In this document: positions 55,201 to 64,000 of the stretch, piece by piece | How the letters are laid out: every line of letters starts with the position of its first letter | Position numbering within the stretch: position 1 is the first letter of the stretch | Assembly: GCA_951406725.2 (NCBI GenBank) | Contig: OX597814.1 | Location: 85,870,001-85,934,000, forward strand | DNA: 64,000 nt | Source of the DNA: Octopus vulgaris | Taxonomy: Eukaryota | Direction of reading: 5' to 3' | Notes under the pieces: model-generated | Seen by the model: only the letters and a program-made list of their open reading frames with translations | Database searches by the model: none | What the model was told of the DNA's origin: nothing | Position numbers and translations under genes: made by a program

Positions 55201-55688
55201 TCCGTTTAAACTATCAAATAATAGCATTGATCAAATTTAGAAATACGCATTGATCAAATTTAGATCACCTGCAAAAAAAAAAAACAGAACTTTGCATGAA
55301 TAGATATCTATAAGGTTTGGGAGATAAGATGAGAAAACATATTGGAAGTGAATGAAGGAGATATACATACAATATCTAGGGAAATAATTTGAAGTTGTGC
55401 CTATTTAAAATAGCAGTTATATTTTAAATGATTTACCCGGATACTCTGTGTCGAAATATTTCACCCACATCTACAGTCACCATATCTTCTCATACTATCT
55501 CTCATATTATTTTTTTTTTTCATTATTTCTATATAAGTAAATTGAAAAAATCTCTTTCAGTACTAGTTTTTAATAATTTGAGATGAAACTGAGGTCAGTC
55601 AACATTCCAGAATTCGTTTAGCTTTATTATTTGACATTACTGTCTTCTCTACTCCCTCTCACTTCCTCTCTCTCTCTCTTTTACATAT

Positions 55689-55766
<78 letters not shown>

Positions 55767-56160
55767 ATGGTGGTGGGGATGGTTTTGGTGGTGGTGGTGG
55801 TGGTGGTAGTTAGTTATGGGGCTAAGATATTTGCAAATTAAAGAATGGAGTCCTCGAGTTTGGATACAGGTAAGTTATTTTTATTTCAAAAGCTACTTAT
55901 GACTTGCAAGATACCCAGATCATCAGAGTACAGGATGTAACCAATTGCATACATATGTATGTATAGACATTTACATATATATGTGTGTGCATGTATAGAT
56001 GTGTACATTATACTTATGTGTATTATATATATACATGTACATATGTATTTTATATATGTATGTATATTTTATATATTCATATTATATGTGTGTGCTCGCG
56101 TGTGTGTATTTGAATGTATTTTATATATATATATGTATGTATATCCTATATATTTGTATT

Positions 56161-56566
56161 ACTCTTTTACTCTTTCACTTGTTTCAGTCATTTGACTGTG
56201 GCCATGCTGAAGCACCGCCTTTAGTTGAGCAAATCGACCCCAGGACTTATTCTTTGTAAGCCTAGTACTTATTCTATCGCTTTCTTTTTGCCGAACCGCT
56301 AAGTTACGGGGACGTAAATACACCAGCATCGGTTGTCAAGCGATGTTGCGGGGGACAAACACAGATACACACACACATACATATACATATATATACATAT
56401 ATACGACGGGCTTCTTTCAATTTCCGTCTACCAAATCCACTCACAAGGCTTTGGTCGGCCCGAGGCTATAGTAGAAGACACTTGCCCAAGGTGCCACGCA
56501 GTGGGACTGAACCCGGGATCATGTGGTTCGTAAGCAAGATACTTACCACACAGCCACTCCTACGCC
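56161..56566 (-). mobile_element. Full-length CORE-like SINE
   Basis: High similarity to 40068-40471 along its length. Confidence 0.9.
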
Positions 56567-56668
56567 TATGTATTATATATATACATGAAATATATAAGTA
56601 GTATGTGTATATACATATGTGTAATGTGTACTATTATGTACACATATATATTATATATATATATATAC

Positions 56669-56717
<49 letters not shown>

Positions 56718-58022
56718 CATATATACATATGTGTAATGTGTACGTATTATGTGTATATATATATATATATATATATGCATACATGCACACACACATACAT
56801 ATATATTAAAAACAAAAGGAGAAAATGCTTTGACAACTTTATCTTGAATGAAAGGAGTAAAATACATACACTTTTATCAGAATATGCTACAAGTCACAAT
56901 TGTTTAAGACTACTTAGTCTTCCAATAAGAAAAGAGAAAATAAATTGAATTAAATTATTGTTTTATGATAGCAGTTTTGAAAGTTCACATGTTTTCTTAC
57001 AAAATTCACATGGTAAAGGTCGTTAGTCTTCTTTTAATGATTGGTGGGTCATAATAGTATTAGTATCAGTGACAGCAGTCGATTGTTCTTTCTGACAATA
57101 TTGATAATAAGTAGTGGTTCGTAATGATGGGAGAGGTTTATAGTGGTAGTGGCAGTGATAGTAACAGCAATGGTAGTAATCGCAGACGTAGTTGCTGTAT
57201 CAGCCTCACAAGTAGACGCAATAATAGCAGCAATGGCAACTTAAGTAACAGCTGTAATAGTGGTGGTGAAAATGATTGAAGTCGTAGATGTGGTGAGAGT
57301 GTTTTTTACCCTCTCCCTCAGTAGCATGAATAAGAATAAGAAAGAGTCTTCAAGTTTTACAGTAATATTCTGGTACAGAGTAATCGTTTGACAACCCAAA
57401 TTTGCAACGGATGGGGCTGCTTTTGTCCCCATTGTGGCTCCGAATTTTTGTCAGTAAAAGTAGTCATTAAGCATAAGATAGTTATTCTCTAGAATGAGTT
57501 TTAGTCCTTCTATGATTAATTCCTTTTCTATGCGTTATGGTAGTTCAGCTGCATAACTATCCAACCACAATGAAGTGGTTTAAATTTTAAGTTATGGGGA
57601 ATATTTTTATAAAGATTCACTACTTCGAAAGATACAATCAGAAATTTTTCATGACTGTATTTAAGAGGTAATTCAACTCATATAAATCGTCTATTATAAA
57701 ACGTCTCGTGTTTGAGAAATGATTTGAGAGGAATGTCTTAAACGTTATCCAGACGGCGAGTTTCACACGCTGGACCGGCTATTACTGGTCTGAATTTCAG
57801 ATTATTTAGCGAGAAAACATTAATGTAGATATCCGTAGTTGCTTTACATAATCTACGTGCTTTCATTTTTGTGAATTTTTGGTAGTGAATGCTTACATAC
57901 ACATAAACATACTTTTATTCCAATAGATATTAATGCTCACATATATTGTATTATTCGCATATTTATTATACATCTCTTTTTTCATATATAATATTATGTA
58001 TTATTAACGAATTCTTCGTCAT

Positions 58023-58938
58023 AGACCTAAGATCTTTTAAATTAGTAAAAGACACATTTTAAGATGCATTGGTATTTTTACATTTCAAACAGAATTTGCT
58101 TTGTGGTGGTAGGCGAAAAATTCTCTCGAACGCTCCACATCACACAAAAATAACCCGATTGGTATTGCGATATATGTTGCAACTAAAAATTTATTGACAA
58201 ATCAAAAGTCCTCAATACGATTCAGAATGCGGTTTGTAGTATTAAACCAAAAAGATTGCTCACGGTCTGACCGTTAATATTCTATCAAAGTGAAGTGGTA
58301 TCAGTTACATGGAGGTAGTTCTACTACAAAATATGGTAATACTTAATTACTTTTATGAAATAGTTAGTTATTATTCCATATATAATTAGGACGACAGAAA
58401 GTGTTAGCACACCTGGCAAAATGCTTAGCGCTATTTCGTTCATCTTTACGTTCTGAATTTAAATTCCACCGAAGTCGGCCCCACCTTTCGAAACATAGGA
58501 ATCGATAAAATAAGTACCAGTTAAGCACTAGAGTCGATGAAATCGACTAACCCCTTCCCCGAACTTGTTGGCTTTGTGCCAAAATTTGAGAGTACTATTA
58601 CATATATTATTACAAAATAATAATTTCTAAAAAATATTAAGTGGTTTAATACTAATAATTCTGAGCAATTGATGGAGCTCTATAATTCGTTTTACAAACC
58701 GCATTATGAATCGTATTGAGGACTTTTGCTATGTGTATAGAGTTTTACTTACAATACATATTGCAGTACCAACCGGGTTATTCTTGTGTGAGCGTTCGAG
58801 AAAATTCTTGTGGAGCGTTCGAGAAAATTTAAGTTGCAGCTTTTTCACCTATCATCTCGAAGCAAATTATGTTTGAAATGTAAATATACCGATGAATCTT
58901 AAAATGTGTCTCTTACGAATTTAAAAGATCTTAGGTCT
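58023..58938. repeat. MITE/fold-back element with ~215-245-bp imperfect TIRs and a SINE in its spacer (58389-58590)
   Basis: agacctaagatcttttaaatt..gtcctcaatacgattca..aatgcggtttgta pairs with tacaaaccgcatt..tgaatcgtattgaggac..aatttaaaagatcttaggtct. Confidence 0.88.
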
Positions 58939-59185
58939 CCGAGGTGGTATCAAATAATAATTTCCTATAGAATATTTAGTGGAAATATGTATGAAATAAA
59001 TTAACGTATTCTGCTGTCTTCACTGGTATATATTTTATCGATCCTCTGAGTATTAGAATGTGGGATCATGATGGGAGAGAGAACGCATGTGTATGTGTTT
59101 GAGTAAGCGTAAAGCATATATGTATTGCATGTACTTTTAGTTTTTTTCTATTGATTCACGTCATTATATTGTGACCATGCATGTA

Positions 59186-59488
59186 GAGGCGCAATGGCCC
59201 AGTGGTTAGGGCAGCGGACTCGCGGTCGTAGGATCGCGGTTTCGATTCCCAGACCGGGCGTTGTGTGTGTTTATTGAGTGAAAACTCCTAAAAGCTCCAC
59301 GAGGTTCCGGCAGGGGGTGGTGATCCCTGCTGTACTCTTTCACCACTCTTTCTCTCACTCTTTCTTCTGTTGGCCTGCTCGCTTAGCCAGCGGAGTGGCG
59401 TCATTCGAAGGCTAAAAACAATGCGAACGCATTGTGACCAGCGATGTGTAGCAACATCTGATGGTCTGGTCGGTCACGTGATCACGTG
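59186..59488 (+). mobile_element. Young tRNA-derived SINE with 20-bp TSD
   Basis: tRNA-like head (GCCC-AGTGGTTA-GGGC D-arm, GGTTTCGATTCC T-loop), tail (cacgtgat)2, TSD atattgtgaccatgcatgta at 59166-59185 and 59489-59508. Confidence 0.92.
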
Positions 59489-60023
59489 ATATTGTGACCA
59501 TGCATGTAAAGATTTAGTTGATTCCAGTATTTATTTTATTCTGGTACATATATCGATGGCTATTTCTCGTTGTCGTATTTTTCAGAGGGAAGAAGCCGCG
59601 CCCTTGATCCTTTTGAAAGATCTCCTACTTGTCGAAATGATAGATCATATGAATGTGAACAACATCGGTTTTTAGGGTAGTAAAGCTGTGTGTTCAGTAA
59701 AACTCATGCTCTTATCTCTCTGTTTCTCTCACTCTTACCCTATCCCTCTTACTCCCTCCCATACTCTCTCTCTTCCTCTCTGCATGTATGTCTGTGTCAC
59801 AGGGATAAACACACACGCGCGTGTATACATACATATATACAAACACACCCACATACATACATATATGTATGTGGGTATGTGTGTATGTATATGTTTATGC
59901 ATATGCTTCTTTCGTTGAGGCTAAAAATGAGTTTTTATTAAAAAGTAAATACTCCTGTGTTTCTGTTTCTCTCTCACTCTGTCTCTCTCTCTCTCACACA
60001 CACACACACAGTATGTATGCATA

Positions 60024-60097
<74 letters not shown>

Positions 60098-60987
60098 GTA
60101 TGTATGTATGTATATGTATATATATATATATGTATGTATGTATTATATATATATACTGAAAGAGAAAGAGAGGGGGAGAAACAGAAAGATAAGACCATTT
60201 GTTTTAACAAACACCCATTTTTAGGTGCAATGAGAAAAGCACATACTGCAGTTAAAGCATATACTATATGTTTCTATATTCGACCAGAAAAGGAATGAAT
60301 CTGTCTAACTTCGGTGCTAAAACTTAATTATAATTGAGGAATGCCTACAGGAGTATACAGAACTTTGGTGACAAGATCATCCTGCTTGGTGCATATCTGA
60401 CAAATTTTTGATATTTGTATTAAGCTCTTTCATTCTGTGGTTTCGTTTCAAACACTATCAGCTAATCCCAAATCTACGTACCCTTGGATAATACAGGAGT
60501 ATTGCGAATGATTTACTCATGCTGGAAATGAGACTGCTTCAGTAAAAAGCCGATCATTTATTGATGATGATGTGGAATGATCTGATATAACGTATACTGA
60601 AGGATCAGAAATTGATCATATATTCGATAATACAACACAAGGAAATATACCATCTCGTGTCATTCTCTCACTCATAATGCAAACTGTTCTGCAATCAAAG
60701 AAAAAGTACTGATGCTCATTTCAAGTAGTTCCCAAACATATTTCAGTTTACAAATTAGTTAAGGTAAAACTAAGTAAAAGCTAAACGATACCTTTTGATA
60801 AGCTTTTGATCTTATTCACTTCTAGGATTTCACATGCGCGAAACCTGGAGTAGTTGCTACGTTTTTTGCGCAATCTATCCATTGACGAAGGACGTTGCAA
60901 TAGAACAACACTCGAAGTTTTTCAATCTTCATCAAAATTCTTTTGAAACTCTAATATTAATTGGAACTTTCGTTCCTAGAATTAGAG

Positions 60988-61661
60988 ACATACTTACACA
61001 AGTGTGCTTCCCCACCGATTTTGTTGCCTCATATCTTACAGAAAAAGTTTCATATTTTAATTAAGATTTTCTACAGATGGTGTAGATTTCGATTATATCG
61101 GAAGTTGTGGTGAAATCTTTTTTTTTTCGAGGGTGAAGTGAGAAGTTTTGGAAAATTCACATGAGTTAGCTTTGTTTTCTCATAACTTTCAGAACATGGG
61201 TAATTTTTTTATGAAATTTTGTACAAATATCTATCAGAGTGTGTAAATTACGATTATATCTGACTTTAATATGAAAAAAATTGGTGGGCTCGTACACATA
61301 CATAATGACACGCATCACATATATCTACAAAATGAAACATGAAATTTCAAAAAAAAAAGTGACGTGTGTCAGTATGCTTATGTATGAGTCTACCAATTTT
61401 CTTTTTCATATTTAATACCGACATATTCCATACATTCATATTAAATACCGATACATTCCGGATATGAGGAAAGAAAGCCGACTCGTATGAATTTTCCGAA
61501 ACTCCTCACTCCACCTTCGGAAAAATATTTCACCAGAAATTCCGATGTAATCGAAATCTACATCATCTGAAGTGTTTTTGTAGAAAATTTTATTTAAAAA
61601 AATTTATTTTTCTCAAATTTATGAGGAAACGAAGTCGGTGGAGAACACTTGTGTAGGAATG
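60988..61661. repeat. Fold-back/MITE-like palindrome (~300-bp arms, ~40-bp loop)
   Basis: tacacaagtgt..ccaccga..tgtagatttcgattatatcggaa..ggaaaattca pairs with tgaattttcc..ttccgatgtaatcgaaatctaca..tcggtgg..acacttgtgta. Confidence 0.85.
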
Positions 61662-62337
61662 ACGAATTAGAACGGCACCAAGTGATACAAATTAACCATT
61701 TAAAATAAAAATGATCCAATTTCCACAACGTTTTCTGATTTGACTATAAAAAAAGTGCAAGTAGGCCTTACTTTCAATCAAGTAAGAACATATTCCCCGC
61801 AGCTATTGTTCAATCAGGAAACTCTAGAATTCAAAAATCATCGGATATACAGAACATACAGGCAAAATGAAAAAAAAGGTGAAATTGCAAGGAAAGACTT
61901 ACCAAAAACATCATAAACTTTGAGGTTCTCGGCTAAATATTTTGCACTATAAAATCCTAAGGTAAACACCAAAATAATAAAATTTTATTAGCTGATCGGT
62001 TTTCGAATATTTTTGGTTAAATATACATCCGCTGAAGTTATGCATAAAATTTAATAAAATGTTTCGAAAATAATAAGTTATGTGAATCCTAATTCTTCAG
62101 TAATTGCAGTCCATTGTCTAAGCTCATTGTCATAAAAATCTTTAACATAAATAATGCTATCAAAATAATAATATAAAGAAGAAAACATTTATAAAAATGC
62201 AGAATTTCTATGGATCCTGCCAGTTATAATAATAATAATAATAACAACATCAACAACAACAACAACGACGACGATGATGATGATGATCATCATGATCATG
62301 ATCATGATCATGATCAATTATCATGATAGTGATGATG

Positions 62338-62420
<83 letters not shown>

Positions 62421-62866
62421 TCACACATATGGCTTCGAAGGATTAGAAATGAGGAAATAAATAAATAAAAATTAGATAAATAGCGATAAAAAAAAATTAA
62501 AGAGAAGTGATTGCCAGAGTTAATAAATCCATATAGAAGTGAATAAGATTTAGCAAAGTCCATGTTAAACTGAATTAATCATATTGTTAAACGATGCTGA
62601 CATTCAGGAATCTTACAGTTCTATGTGCCGGCTCTATCGATTAGCGGCTAAAACTTTAAACTATGCGCTGTGTGTAATTGAAGAATTTAATTTACTCGTC
62701 GTCTACAGCTTGCTTGCTTTACATGAAATGATAGTGCGTCTCTTTACTGCTCCGTTAATCGTCTCTCGATTCGACGTTAACAAAAAACCACTAAGCTACT
62801 ATTATCACTATTGTCATATCACCAACGAAACAACACCAAACCACTGCATGGTTAAATCTTAGACTA

Positions 62867-63362
62867 CAGATGTGGCTGTGTGGTAAGAAGCTTACTTCCC
62901 AACCACATGGTTCCGAGTTCAGTCCCAGAGCGTGGCACCTAGGGAAAGTGTCTTCTACTATAGCCTCGGGATTTGTGAGTGGATTTGGTAGACGGAAGCT
63001 GAAAGCGCGAGAGAATAAGTACTAGGCTTTAAAATAAGTCCTGGTGTTGACTTGTTTGACTAAAACACTCTAAGGCGGTGAGCTGGCGGAAACGTTAGCA
63101 CGCCGGGCGAAATACTTAGCGGTATTTCGTCTGCCGTTACGTTCTGAGTTCAAATTCCGCCGAGGTCGACTTTGCCTTTCATCCTTTCGGGGTCAATAAA
63201 TTAAGTACCAGTCGCGCTCCGAGGTCGATGTAATCGACTTAATCCGTTTGTCTGTCCTTGTTTGTCCCCACTATGTTTAGCCCATTGTGGGTAATAAAGA
63301 AATAAAACACTCTAAGGCGGTGTTCCAGCATGACTAAAACAAGTAAAATAAATAAAGTAAAA
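62867..63362 (+). mobile_element. CORE-like SINE interrupted by a full Meta-domain-like SINE (63074-63303)
   Basis: Duplication taaaacactctaaggcggtg at 63061-63080 and 63303-63322. Confidence 0.88.
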
Positions 63363-63725
63363 GAAAAAAAATGCCATCTAAATCAATAATGAACAACCTA
63401 TGGCCTGCGGGACTGTCTGAGTGGCACGCCTGACGTAAAAATAATTATTTTCAGTTTTCAACTCGCCTGATGATAAGCCATTATTCATGGGGCCCACTTC
63501 TCGAAAATGGTCGCCCATACCTGATCTAGATCATCAGTTTCTACTTAATCTCAACATGAGTGGATCTGGTAGACGGAAACTTAAAGAAGCTCATCGTATA
63601 TATTTCTTTTAAACTATGTCATTGTATGAAAACAATTTATAACATTCTTCAGACATATTGACTCAAATATATATTTTTTAACCTTTTAAAACAAGCCTTC
63701 TGTAGTTTTTTCACTTTTTACTATT

Positions 63726-63763
<38 letters not shown>

Positions 63764-63769
63764 TATTAT

Positions 63770-63950
63770 TTGTTTAAGTCATTTGACTGCGGCCATGCTG
63801 AAACACCGCCTTTAGTCGAACAAATCGACCCCAGGACTTATTTATTGTAAGCCTAGTACTTATTCTATCGGTCTCTTTTGGCGACCCGCTAACTTACGGG
63901 GACGTGAACACACTAGCATCGGCGATGGTGGGGAAACACAGACTAACAAA
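63770..63950 (-). mobile_element. CORE-like SINE 3' half
   Basis: gtcatttgactgcggccatgctg...aaatcgaccccaggactta...ttctatcggtctcttttg. Confidence 0.85.
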
Positions 63951-63962
63951 CATACACACACA

Positions 63963-64000
<38 letters not shown>

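Noticed and set aside
59188-59260. tRNA gene (CGC anticodon-like)
   Set aside because: Acceptor and T stems are imperfect, and the sequence continues into a SINE body bounded by a 20-bp TSD.
60300-60760. Complex-sequence patch as a possible exon or TE relic
   Set aside because: No sustained ORF or identifiable motif.

Overview
AT-rich, microsatellite-saturated eukaryotic non-genic DNA. The SINE families and very dense (TA)n/(CA)n/(GATA)n/(TACA)n tracts resemble a cephalopod (Octopus-like) genome; this is inferred from recalled repeat sequences, not checked. I found no convincing host exon, and nearly all ORFs in the track are simple-repeat artefacts. The centrepiece is a near-intact, recent Penelope-like retroelement (PLE, Neptune-type RT + C-terminal GIY-YIG) at 18535-23370 (-). 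It has 561-bp near-identical pseudo-LTRs, each with a minimal hammerhead ribozyme, plus an upstream ORF1 that overlaps the RT frame by -1 at a U_UUU_UUU heptamer, and an internal (TA)n tract. It sits in a (TA)n target. Three more (TA)n-anchored elements carry hammerhead-like motifs: a 5'-truncated PLE at 24317-25670, a tail at ~39850-40027 and an 847-bp non-coding unit with a 50-bp terminal repeat at 44934-45830. Also present are a decayed Helitron Rep, a Helentron/HINE-like element, a full-length decayed rosa/DD41D-like mariner, a second mariner end, L1/Tx1, R4/Dong and RTE LINE relics, three long fold-back (MITE-like) palindromes and many tRNA-derived SINEs. Several SINEs show self-targeting with homology-joined 5' ends.
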